Shown here: one piece after another, positions 1 to 9,800 of the stretch
How the letters are laid out: every line of letters begins with the position of its first letter
How positions within the stretch are numbered: position 1 is the first letter of the stretch
Virus record (IMG/VR): IMGVR_UViG_3300030107_004423
Coordinates: 1 to 64,000 of that record
Strand: one strand, 5' to 3'
Source: a virus
Length of the DNA: 64,000 bases
Notes under the pieces: model-generated
Seen by the model: the letters and a program-made list of their open reading frames with translations, nothing else
The model's database searches: none
Told to the model about the DNA's origin: nothing
Program-made: the position numbers and the translations under genes

Positions 1-623
1 AAGCACCTCCTAAATCTATGAAAACAATGTTCTTACAGAATATAGTAAATATGTTCAAAAGAAACACTTATTTTGTAGAAATGGAGATGAGTCCACGTCA
101 AATGTGGATGAGATTTGTAATGATGGAGAATAATTGGGATGAAGAACAGTTAAAAGCACATTATAGTCAGTATGCTAATGGTATAAGTCAGCAATTTGAC
201 TGGTTAACTGTAGATTATAACAGTTGTTTCCCACATGAATTACAAAAACGTATAATGTTACTACCAAGAAAGCCTGAGATAGTTGTTATAGACCATATGG
301 GCTTGTTAAGAAGTCAAAAATCAGATAATAACATGAAAGTAGAGGAAGCTTCTCAAGCATTAATGGAGCTTGCTGTAAAGAATAACATTATCGTATTTGC
401 TGTATCTGAAATAACTAAATCAGCTTTTCAAGAAGGTATGAATATAGCTTCAGCGAAAGGTTCATTTAGAGTAGCTTATAACGCTAACAAAGTACTATCT
501 ATAACTCCATTTAAAGAAAAAGAGAGCAATCTTATTAGATCTTTAAGAATAGAAAGCACTGCAAATAGAGAGAAAGAACATCTTGATGTTAATCTTCCAG
601 TTAGAGGAGCTAAAATAGGATGA
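1..623 (+). CDS. C-terminal part of primase-helicase (SF4/DnaB-like helicase domain), variant A; truncated by window edge
   Basis: Differs by only 5 of 201 aa from the C-terminus of 53465..55216; Walker B IVVIDH. Confidence 0.85.
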   Translation, partial: APPKSMKTMFLQNIVNMFKRNTYFVEMEMSPRQMWMRFVMMENNWDEEQLKAHYSQYANGISQQFDWLTVDYNSCFPHELQKRIMLLPRKPEIVVIDHMGLLRSQKSDNNMKVEEASQALMELAVKNNIIVFAVSEITKSAFQEGMNIASAKGSFRVAYNANKVLSITPFKEKESNLIRSLRIESTANREKEHLDVNLPVRGAKIG

Positions 624-799
624 TACAGATAACAAAATGGATAAATGTCAATGAAAGGATATGGTATAGGGGAAACCTTATACCTGCCTTTGATTGGCTA
701 ACTAAGGAAAAGGTTAGATTAGAAAAACTTACACAAAAAAAGTGTGAAATTAGAACTGATAAAGGGCATATAGCTCTATTCAGAGAAAGGTTAAAATGA
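620..799 (+). CDS. Small hypothetical protein (59 aa, MIQITKW...LFRERLK)
   Basis: ATGA overlaps on both sides; conserved copy at 55213..55392. Confidence 0.75.
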   Translation: MIQITKWINVNERIWYRGNLIPAFDWLTKEKVRLEKLTQKKCEIRTDKGHIALFRERLK

Positions 800-1578
800 A
801 GAACCCATACGCAGAAATACGCAAAGTACCTTTAAATTATCAAGGTATAGAATCTTCTGCTTATTCTGTCCAGTATAGAGAAGAAAATGACTGGAAAGAG
901 GCAGGAGTTGTAGGTAGTAAATATATGTTATTACCTAATAGCAAAGTAAAAGAAGCTGCAGATCAAGTAGCTAATGCTTCAAATATACAATTTGAGCAAG
1001 ATAAAACATTCTTTGATGGTAGAAGATATATATATTCTTTAAAATCAAATAGTGTAGTTGGAAATATAAAGCAAGGTGATGACCTAGCATTAGGTATTCA
1101 GTTTTGGAATAGCTATGATGGTAGCAAATCATTTGGATTTTCAATGTTATTATATAGATTAATATGTACCAATGGAATGATGAGCAAGAAATTCTTTAAT
1201 ACCTTTAGATTTAAGCACGAACCTAATAGTGAAGGCTGGGAAGAAAATCTAGATAAGGTTATTAATATTGTAAATTCTACTTCTGAAGGTAGTTTAAACA
1301 GTATGATAGGAAATCTAAGAAAATTAGATGACTTAAGAATTACTATGAAAGGACTGGGAACGATAAGACATGATCATCTTTCAGATATACCTTCTGGTAT
1401 ATGGGGAAATATCGTAGATAAATTCTCCGATCCTCATGGACAATATCATTCAGAAACTAGTGGTTGGGGATTATTGAATGCTGCAACAGATATATTGTGG
1501 CATAAAGATAAACCTACAATAGCTAGTTACAATCAGAATGCATCTATAGTAGATGGATTATGTAGAGCTGTATCATAA
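796..1578 (+). CDS. DUF932-family protein, variant A
   Basis: WNSYDGSKS and YRLICTNG motifs; C-terminal WGLLNAAT. Confidence 0.8.
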   Translation: MKNPYAEIRKVPLNYQGIESSAYSVQYREENDWKEAGVVGSKYMLLPNSKVKEAADQVANASNIQFEQDKTFFDGRRYIYSLKSNSVVGNIKQGDDLALGIQFWNSYDGSKSFGFSMLLYRLICTNGMMSKKFFNTFRFKHEPNSEGWEENLDKVINIVNSTSEGSLNSMIGNLRKLDDLRITMKGLGTIRHDHLSDIPSGIWGNIVDKFSDPHGQYHSETSGWGLLNAATDILWHKDKPTIASYNQNASIVDGLCRAVS

Positions 1579-1589
1579 ATTGGTACCAA

Positions 1590-1659
1590 AGGACTGGCGG
1601 GAGACTGGCGTAATTAACCTCAGATAATATGCATGACGTATACCAGCATATCCAGTCCT
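1590..1659 (+). other. Stem-closed intergenic element present only in variant A
   Basis: aggactgg/ccagtcct 8-bp stem with inner ctgg/ccag; absent after the DUF932 stop in copy B. Confidence 0.5.
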
Positions 1660-1672
1660 ATAACTTTCACAC

Positions 1673-1739
1673 GAGCAGGTACGCTTCATACCTTAAAGCA
1701 CATAATAAGTATAGCAACTTACCTAATAGCTGCCTGCTC
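1673..1739 (+). ncRNA. Candidate conserved structured cis-RNA, copy A
   Basis: gagcaggta/tgcctgctc stem plus taagt/actta hairpin; stems identical in 56185..56250. Confidence 0.5.
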
Positions 1740-1758
1740 AAATTTTAAAGGAGAATAA

Positions 1759-1986
1759 ATGGGAGTAAGACAAAGAGAGTATAGAGATAAAATAGGTGAT
1801 TGGGAAGATAAGTGTGATAACTATGAAGCAGGATTAAAAAACTTAAGAGAAAGAGTAGATACACTTGAAGAAAGATTAGCTCAAGCAGAGAGTATATTAA
1901 AGCTCATTCATTATGAATCTAATCCAGCTTATTTAGAAGGACTTAAAAATAAATACGATGAAATGTACGGAGTAGATGATGAGTAG
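1759..1986 (+). CDS. Hypothetical coiled-coil protein
   Basis: aaggag SD; ortholog at 56270..56497 (IHYESNPAYLEGLK). Confidence 0.8.
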   Translation: MGVRQREYRDKIGDWEDKCDNYEAGLKNLRERVDTLEERLAQAESILKLIHYESNPAYLEGLKNKYDEMYGVDDE

Positions 1987-2212
1987 AAATGTATTTAAAG
2001 GAGAAGTTTCATCTTCTGAAAGAAAACCTAAGCATAGATATACTAAAGAAAAGATATACACCAAAGAATATTCAGGATGCAAAGATGCTTCATCTAGATT
2101 TATAAAGATGGCTAATAATGCATCTGACAATGGTAGATGTTGGTGGATATACAATTACATAATGGCTAATTCAAAATATAAAGGATATGGTAATGGAAAT
2201 AATAGGAGATAG
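1976..2212 (+). CDS. Hypothetical protein
   Basis: Ortholog at 56478..56708 (ASDNGRCWWIYNYIMANSKY). Confidence 0.75.
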   Translation: MMSRNVFKGEVSSSERKPKHRYTKEKIYTKEYSGCKDASSRFIKMANNASDNGRCWWIYNYIMANSKYKGYGNGNNRR

Positions 2213-2564
2213 AATAGCAATAATGAAGAAGAAAAGAAACACAGACGTGGAAGAAGAATATCCAAGAATGTGTGACTCATTTGAATCTATAACCGATGAA
2301 ATGTTTGAGCTGTTTAAGAAGAAACAATCAGACTATGGACCTACCAATATAGGTATGGGTAGTCGTACTATAGAAACAGATGGAGATGTAGAGAGATCAA
2401 TGATAGGATTAACAGTTAGAATGAATGATAAAGTTCAAAGACTAATGAATCTTATTCTTGATAATAAAGACCCTCAAAATGAATCTATAGAAGATACATT
2501 AATAGATATAGCTAATTATGCTGTAATGGCAAAACTAGTTATAAATAAGGAATGGGGAAAATGA
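2187..2564 (+). CDS. DUF1599 / nucleotide-modification-associated domain 1 (Nmad1)-like protein
   Basis: KKQSDYG...RMNDKVQRL...ESIEDTLIDIANYA. Confidence 0.8.
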   Translation: MVMEIIGDRIAIMKKKRNTDVEEEYPRMCDSFESITDEMFELFKKKQSDYGPTNIGMGSRTIETDGDVERSMIGLTVRMNDKVQRLMNLILDNKDPQNESIEDTLIDIANYAVMAKLVINKEWGK

Positions 2565-2785
2565 AGATAGTAGCAAAACTATCTAAAGAGTATTATAATT
2601 GCTACATGTGTTCTTTTTCAGGTTTTGCAGATAGATATATTGTAGTCCCACATATAGTAGATACGGATAAAGAGTATACAATATGTACTTCATGCGCTAA
2701 AAGAGAACATGGTAGTAAAAATAAAGTTAAACTAATAGATGTCATAGAAGAAAGGACTAAAATATGGCTACAAAAGAAGCAATAA
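2552..2785 (+). CDS. Small Zn-finger protein (2x CxxC)
   Basis: CYMC...CTSC; ortholog at 57060..57293. Confidence 0.7.
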   Translation: MGKMKIVAKLSKEYYNCYMCSFSGFADRYIVVPHIVDTDKEYTICTSCAKREHGSKNKVKLIDVIEERTKIWLQKKQ

Positions 2786-3042
2786 AAAAGATACAAGATA
2801 AAGCTACAGAAGATTACAAAGGTAGAACTGAAGATCTTTACAATAAGAGTGCAATGCTAGAAGAAAAGATTATCAATGTAACAATATCATTAGATGCTGT
2901 TTCAAATAAAGTTAATAATCTAGATATTGATGGACTTAACAAATCTATTGAAGAGGTTAAATCTAGGATAGATGAAGTAGAAAAAATATTACGTGAACAT
3001 AGTCCATTAATTACTCAATTAAGAGGAAGGATTGGAATATGA
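2764..3042 (+). CDS. Coiled-coil hypothetical protein
   Basis: Heptad-rich; termini match 57272..57493. Confidence 0.7.
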   Translation: MATKEAIKKIQDKATEDYKGRTEDLYNKSAMLEEKIINVTISLDAVSNKVNNLDIDGLNKSIEEVKSRIDEVEKILREHSPLITQLRGRIGI

Positions 3043-3254
3043 AGCAAAAGAAACCTACTAACAATGAGATAAAAACTGTTATTAGTAATATATTAATAGA
3101 ATTATCTCAAATGTCTGAATTTCTAAAAGGTTTAGATACATCATTTGCAGCTTATTTAGAGATGAAAGGTGATGCAGATAAATTAAATATATTCATCAAA
3201 GATAAAATAAAGGAGGCTAAAGATGCCCAGCAAAAGCAAAGCGAAGGGAAATAG
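3039..3254 (+). CDS. Hypothetical protein
   Basis: ATGA coupling; ortholog at 57490..57708. Confidence 0.75.
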   Translation: MKQKKPTNNEIKTVISNILIELSQMSEFLKGLDTSFAAYLEMKGDADKLNIFIKDKIKEAKDAQQKQSEGK

Positions 3255-3549
3255 ATTCGAAAGAGAAATAGTTAAGATAGCTAAAGACAGAGGATTTGAA
3301 TCTCAAAGAGCGTGGGGATCTAATGGTCAAGCGTTAGGAATGCATGAAGAAGTAGATTTGACTTTAGGCGTAAATCCTAAAATGAAAATACAAGCTAAAT
3401 GCAGAAAGAGTATAGCTTCTTATCTTATACCTACAGAGCATGTAGATGCCGTAGTATGTAAAGAAGATAGAGGAGAGCCTTTAATAATAATGAGATTTTC
3501 CGATTGGCTTGATATGCATTGGGGAAATTGTATGGTGGAGGATAGATGA
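3223..3549 (+). CDS. Holliday junction resolvase-like PD-(D/E)XK nuclease (Hjc type)
   Basis: SKAKGNRFERE...VD...IQAKCR; aggagg SD. Confidence 0.75.
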   Translation: MPSKSKAKGNRFEREIVKIAKDRGFESQRAWGSNGQALGMHEEVDLTLGVNPKMKIQAKCRKSIASYLIPTEHVDAVVCKEDRGEPLIIMRFSDWLDMHWGNCMVEDR

Positions 3550-3674
3550 ATAAAGTACAGCTCTATAGTATAAAGAAAAAACGACACGACAATAACAATA
3601 CTAACAGATTGGATTGGAAGATTGATAAGCTTCTAATTGCAGTCGATAAACTCCTAAGAAGACTAGGTGGTTAG
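3546..3674 (+). CDS. Small hypothetical protein (42 aa)
   Basis: ggagg SD; ATGA overlap with the resolvase. Confidence 0.55.
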   Translation: MNKVQLYSIKKKRHDNNNTNRLDWKIDKLLIAVDKLLRRLGG

Positions 3675-3690
3675 TTAATTAAAGTGAAAT

Positions 3691-3713
3691 AGGGGGGAGC
3701 ATTGCTTCCCTCT
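3691..3713. terminator. Hairpin at the convergence of the early and late arms
   Basis: aggggggagc-att-gcttccctct between convergent genes; analogous hairpin at 58221..58246. Confidence 0.55.
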
Positions 3714-6700
3714 ATGTTATTAAACTAGACATTGCTTCCATAGCTGCTTGTCTTTCAAATTCATCAAGTCCTTTGAATTTATCTCTTTTCTTTCTTTTCT
3801 TATCCTTAACACCAAAGAATTTTTTAATAGGCTTTGGAATCTTACCTCTTGCAATTTTACTCATATTTCTTTGATCTTTATCTGGAAATAATCCTAATTC
3901 TAAGAATGCTAAATCGGTAAAGCTACTGCCTTGTAAGAATGAAGGAATTGTATATGCAACAGTCCTGGCTAATTGAGCATTTATTATATTTAATTTAGAA
4001 TAAAGCTCCTCTCTTCTGTCTCCAGTCATATGTTTAAATGCAGTGTCAAAAGCTTCTTCTGTTCTAGGATCTACATTGCCATCTAAATTTGCTTTTGCAA
4101 CAAGTTCATATGCACTCATAATCATTGGAGCATTAGGACCAAGAAAATATTTACCTTTCTGTCCAAATGTTTGTCTTACATATTTCTTTATTATATCACC
4201 ATGTTCCATCTTTAAATGAGCTTTTCTACTCTTGTCATCAATTATAGTCTGTATTTGCTCTTCAGTTATTTTGCCTGAATGTAACATAGCTTGTATTTCA
4301 GCATGTAATAATAATGTCTCTCCTGTTTCTAAAACATCATTAGGCATTAATTTGGGAAGATTAACTTTACCAGCTATAGTAGCACCCCATATAAGGGCTT
4401 GTAACATACCAAATCTCATAGGCCTCATAAATTCTTCACTAGTAAAATCACCAGCTCTAGCAGAAAGTCCAGCTTCTTTTCCCCATTTATACATTAGATC
4501 TGTCATACTAAATCTATAATGAGCAAATTGACCTAATCCCATTTTAGCCATCATTGTGGCTTTACTTTCTTTTCCAGTAACACGTATAGCTTTAGCCTTA
4601 TTCCATTTAGCATATTCAAAATGCAAATCTAACACTCCAGAATAAGCTAATTCGCCAGCTTTATTTTCTATCCAATTAGACATTACTTTATCTGCATCTT
4701 TTCCATATCTTTCAACTAAATCTTTTTCAGTTATTATATAGTCATCACCTTTTTTACTTTTAATATCTGATTCATATCTTTTTAAGATTTGTTGCGCTCT
4801 CCAAGTAGAGCTAGTCTGTTCTAAATTACCATGAGCTAAGGCAAAACCCACATCAAATGTTCTTCCTCTATTCCAATCCTCAACCACTCTATGCATTCCA
4901 CCTGCAGATTTAGCTATATTACTAGAAACTCTAGCAGTAAATGCAGGATAACTATCTCCATGCTTAACTTGTAAATTTCCTTTTTCATCTACGAACATTT
5001 CATTATTATTCATATATGAATCTTCTAAAGCTCCCCTACTAGCTTCACTTATCTTTACATTCTCACCTTTTAAAGAATCAAAAGCGTTTGATGTCATATT
5101 TTTTCCATTAAACCATTGCAACCCATATTTAACTTTCTGTCTATTTACTTTAACTTGATTGCTTTCTGCTCCACCTACATTTTTATAAAATCTAGCAGAA
5201 TCACCAACAAAAGGAGCAGCAGCTTTAAATCCAAAATGAACCCACTCATATGCTCTTTGAGTACCATTTCTAGCGGCAGATCTTATATTTCCTCCCATTA
5301 ATCTAAAATATGTAACAGCTTGCATTGTTCTCATTATATTTTCTACTGTACTATCCCTTCTAGGATCTATTGTATACACATCATTATAAACATCTTCCAT
5401 TAATTGCAACATATCCATAGATGCTTCTTCCAGATCTTTTCTCCCAGCCTCTCTTGCAGGATTTAAATGCTCGTCTATAATTTTATTAGCAGCATTATTA
5501 AAATTGTCTTTAACATGTAATCTATAATTAAATATACCTACATCGCTTGCATATTTTTTAAGAAAGAAGTAAGGATCGTTATTGTATATATTATTCATTA
5601 AAGCAGTTCTAGGCTTTGCTACATTAACTATTCCATCCCAACTATCTAATTCATTTTTAATCTTAACATCTAAAGACATATCACCTCTATCTATAGAAGT
5701 TTCAATTTTTTGCAATGTTTTTATCATTCCAAGAGTATAATGAGACATATAATGAGGAGAGAAAGCTACTTTTTTATTAGTAGATATATCTTTAACATCA
5801 AATCCCATTCCTATAAAGTCTCTATTGCTTTGCATATCCTTATAGTCTATAGTTCTATTATTCTCATCTATATTCTTTTGAAATTCTATAGATTTTATCA
5901 AAGCAGATACCTTATCTATAGTACCATCAACCCATTTTAAATTTTCTTTATCTTTGGCCATTGATTTGATTTTTTGCAATCCCCTTACAAGACTAACAGA
6001 TGTAGATTTTCTTATCTGAATATAATTAGATTTCATTTTTTCTAAAGCTATTCTTTGTTTTGGCTTTAAATTGGGTATTGTAGCAATATCAGCGCCTTGT
6101 AATACATCATTCATTAACTCAAAAGCTTTACCTGATCCATCTTTATAAAATTTTTGAATCTCTAATTGATTCGCTCTTAATTTTGCTGCTACAGATGTTT
6201 TAGTTTTAAGATTCTCAGTGCTTAACCATTGATCGGATAAAGCATCGTATTCTTTTTGAAGTCTTGCTAATTTTTTTTGACCTCCAGATTTAAAAGATTT
6301 GCCTATTAAAGACTCTTCTCCTAAAGAAAGAGACAATACTTTCATATTTTGAAGAAATTCATTGATATTTTTATTAGCATTTGTACTAAAATCTCTATAA
6401 AATGAAGTTTCATCTACTAACCTTTTTTCAAATTTAGCTAATTCTGGGATATTTCTCATAGTTGCTCTAGGTAAATGAAATTTAGATGCAAAAATACCTT
6501 TTGGCTTTGATACTAATGAATCATAATATTTCAATCCTAATTCAAATTTTCTTATATGTCTATAATTTATAGGAAATTCAGATGGATCTAATGCTGGTAA
6601 ATGGGTGTATTTTTTCCAAAGCCATTCAAATGTTTCAAAATTATTCCAATTAGCATCTTTAACATTCTTATATTTACCTTTATCCCAATCGTAAGATATT

Positions 6701-6816
6701 TTATCAAGTCTATTGGCTATTATATCTTTGTCTTTTTGCTTTAATTTACTAAACCACTGATCATCACCCTCTAGTTTTTTAGCAAATGCATTTAATCCAC
6801 ATAAAAAAGCACTCAT
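3712..6816 (-). CDS. Large internal virion/ejection protein (1034 aa), variant A
   Basis: Last gene of the late arm; helical with a C-terminal hydrophobic segment; motif-level homolog of 58242..60959. Confidence 0.6.
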   Translation of the reverse strand: MSAFLCGLNAFAKKLEGDDQWFSKLKQKDKDIIANRLDKISYDWDKGKYKNVKDANWNNFETFEWLWKKYTHLPALDPSEFPINYRHIRKFELGLKYYDSLVSKPKGIFASKFHLPRATMRNIPELAKFEKRLVDETSFYRDFSTNANKNINEFLQNMKVLSLSLGEESLIGKSFKSGGQKKLARLQKEYDALSDQWLSTENLKTKTSVAAKLRANQLEIQKFYKDGSGKAFELMNDVLQGADIATIPNLKPKQRIALEKMKSNYIQIRKSTSVSLVRGLQKIKSMAKDKENLKWVDGTIDKVSALIKSIEFQKNIDENNRTIDYKDMQSNRDFIGMGFDVKDISTNKKVAFSPHYMSHYTLGMIKTLQKIETSIDRGDMSLDVKIKNELDSWDGIVNVAKPRTALMNNIYNNDPYFFLKKYASDVGIFNYRLHVKDNFNNAANKIIDEHLNPAREAGRKDLEEASMDMLQLMEDVYNDVYTIDPRRDSTVENIMRTMQAVTYFRLMGGNIRSAARNGTQRAYEWVHFGFKAAAPFVGDSARFYKNVGGAESNQVKVNRQKVKYGLQWFNGKNMTSNAFDSLKGENVKISEASRGALEDSYMNNNEMFVDEKGNLQVKHGDSYPAFTARVSSNIAKSAGGMHRVVEDWNRGRTFDVGFALAHGNLEQTSSTWRAQQILKRYESDIKSKKGDDYIITEKDLVERYGKDADKVMSNWIENKAGELAYSGVLDLHFEYAKWNKAKAIRVTGKESKATMMAKMGLGQFAHYRFSMTDLMYKWGKEAGLSARAGDFTSEEFMRPMRFGMLQALIWGATIAGKVNLPKLMPNDVLETGETLLLHAEIQAMLHSGKITEEQIQTIIDDKSRKAHLKMEHGDIIKKYVRQTFGQKGKYFLGPNAPMIMSAYELVAKANLDGNVDPRTEEAFDTAFKHMTGDRREELYSKLNIINAQLARTVAYTIPSFLQGSSFTDLAFLELGLFPDKDQRNMSKIARGKIPKPIKKFFGVKDKKRKKRDKFKGLDEFERQAAMEAMSSLIT

Positions 6817-9800
6817 TTATTTGCTCCTATAACAATCTATTAAATTTCTTACTCTTTGTTGAGTATTTTCTTGTACTCCGCCACGATCACCTAAGTCTTG
6901 TCGTCTTAAAGCGTCTCGCTCACTAACAAACAACTTCTTCACTCCATATTGCCTTACATTTCCATCTTCAGTAGTAGCATATTCAGCTGTACCCCACTGT
7001 CTGTCTACAGGCAGTACAGGTTCTAATGCTTTTTGAGCTTTATATAATATAACAGGATCTATAAGTTTATCAGTAGTTGCATATTCTATCATAACTCTAG
7101 CTGCATTTTTTTGCATATCATTTCCAGCTTCTCTTATATCAAATACATCTTGAGTTAAATATGTTTCTTTTGTCATATGCCCATCTATACTAGCAGGCTC
7201 TGTATACATTCTAGATGTAAGTATTTGAGCATCTATATTTGGATTTTGAACCTTAGTATAATGAGCTGTTTTTAAATAGTTTATATCATCTAAAACATCT
7301 TTTGCATAATCATTATATCCACCATCAGGCCTATATTCACCTGTAGACAAGCTAGAAAGCAATCCAAGTACAGGTTCACTTAATCCATTTTCATAAAATA
7401 CATAGTCATATACAGCTTTCTTTTGATTTCCATCATTAACGCTTCTCATTGATACAATTTTATTAGATATATTAGGTATTAACATCCTCATTATCAAAGC
7501 TTTTCTTTTTATATCTGTCATCTCAGGATCATTAAATAGTCTATCATACAACAAAGCTCTTCTTTGTATCACAAAATCTTCTATTCCATACCTACCAACT
7601 TCTTTTGCATTACCTAATTCTATAAGCTCTTTTTGAATACTTTTATATTCACCTTTTATTCCATTATTAAGTTCATAGGAAGAAAGTGTTTTTATCATAG
7701 CTTCATCACCTGTTCCTTCTCTTATAGTAGGTAATCCAGCAAAAGCTTCAAATAAAGTTCTTAATCCTTTTTGTTCTTCACCATTAGTAGCTTCAAATCT
7801 TCTACCATTTTGTATTACTTTATCTTTAAATGATATATTTTGAATATTATATTTTCCTGGCCTTATAACTTCTTTTATCTTGCCATCAGCGCCTATAACT
7901 ACAAAAGGTTTTTTACTGTTATTCTTAAATGCTCCTGATTTTTCTGCTCTTTTTTGTAAAATAGGAATATTAGGCTTAATTGGATCTTCCCCCATCATAT
8001 ATGAAATAGATTCTTCCATCCCTATTCTTAACTCTTCTATATTAGATAGCCTTGCCCTCATACTTTTTAAATTTTCAGACTCTTCAACACTTTTTTCAAA
8101 TTTCTTAGACTTATCTATCTCAAATTTCAAATCTCTTTCTTGCTTTTTAAGCTCTAAAACTTTTAAAAATCTTGCCTCATCTCCAACATATTCTCTTAAA
8201 GCAGCATTAAATAATCTATTGTGTTTTTCAGCATCAGTTTTTCCTTGAACAGCAGCATATCCATTATCTATAAAATCAATTATTTGGTCTTGAATAGAGA
8301 ACCCTTTTCCATAAGCTCCTTGCCCTTTTAAAGTATTTAAATCTTCATAAGTTCTATGAAGTTCTTGCATAGCAATGTCATATGAATTTTTAGAATTATT
8401 AAAATAATTTCTAGCAGCTATTAAACTAGGCTCCATATTAATAGAAGGAGGTATTCCCCAATTCTTACTAGGATCTAATGTCATTCTATATAAATTAACA
8501 AAAGCATTATTATAACTTGATAATTTTGCAGATCTATCAACACCAGTAGCATCTGTCTCTACTCCTTGATTGTATTTTAAATATTTATTTAGAGGATCTA
8601 TTATCCTTGCTCTTATAGCATTTATAGCTGGTTGAAATCTAGAATCCATCATATCGACTTTATCTAAAAGCGTGAACATTCCAGGAGTATCTTCGTATCC
8701 AACTTGGAATAAACCATCCTTACCAAACCATACTTGATTTTGAATCTCTCTTATTTGCTTAACATTAGCTTTGGATGGAAGTCTTTTGTAAACATCTATA
8801 AACATTTTTGCAAGATTAGATATATTATCAACAGTAGCTACATAGTTATACTTAGAATTAAATCTTATTTGTATATTTGTCTTTGCCGCTTTGAACATTT
8901 TAGTTTCTTGAGTCAATATTACTGGATTTTCTCTAAACATATTTGCTAAATAAGTAGCTGTTTGATGCATTTTTATAAATTGACCCCTAGCCATATTAAC
9001 TTCATTCAATATCATATCATTTGTATATTCACCTTCAAATAGATTAGGCAATGTTTTTGCAAATTCACCTATTCCTACATTAGGATCAAATATTTTATTT
9101 AGAACACTAGAAGGATTTGTTTGTGATCCTGTAATATGTCCAGACAATTTATTTGCTTCTCTCCAAAATTTACCAGGAGCTGCAACATAATTAAATGATT
9201 TATCAAAATCAAAATCTGCGTCTTGTGGAGTTATAGCATCTGAATGATTCATTCTACTAACATTTCCAGCTTCTCTATCAACATATGATCTCATGTCATT
9301 GCCTTCTCCAGTGACTGCCATCTTGCTTATAACTATATCACCCATCATATTTCTAGGCTGTCTACTATTTAACATTCCTATTGCCATATCTTTATCATAA
9401 TTTTTTATAACTAGATTAGCATCATTTATTGTTGTATGGTTATCTATCAAATAATCATCGCCTGTTTTTAAGTTGTATACAGCATCTTCCTTAGAAACAG
9501 CTTTATTATATGTATTTTTAAGTGATTCTGATTTAGCTAAAATTCTACCATCATCAATGTCTATGTATTCACCCTTACTATTAATATATCTTCCTTCTAC
9601 TTGTAAAAATCTTTCTCCTTTTATATTTACAAGAAATCCATCTGCTACTCTTTTACCTACTATAAATTCACTAGCAGGTTCATATTCAACTCTTTGTATT
9701 ATAACATTATGAACTCCATTTAATTCAGGCTTAGTGCTATGAATAAATTTCTTCTGAGAGGCATAATAAGAAGGTAAAAATTCACCAAAAAACTGAACTA

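Larger units (their letters stand above)
1..3549. repeat. Imperfect direct repeat of the replication-end gene block (copy A; copy B 54594..58003)
   Basis: ATG at 18 aligns to 54611 and stop at 623 to 55216 (offset 54,593); same gene order through the resolvase. Confidence 0.95.

Noticed and set aside
1-3549. Terminal direct repeat of a single genome
   Set aside because: The copies contain many substitutions, indels and different genes, and gene-order similarity continues into the late arm
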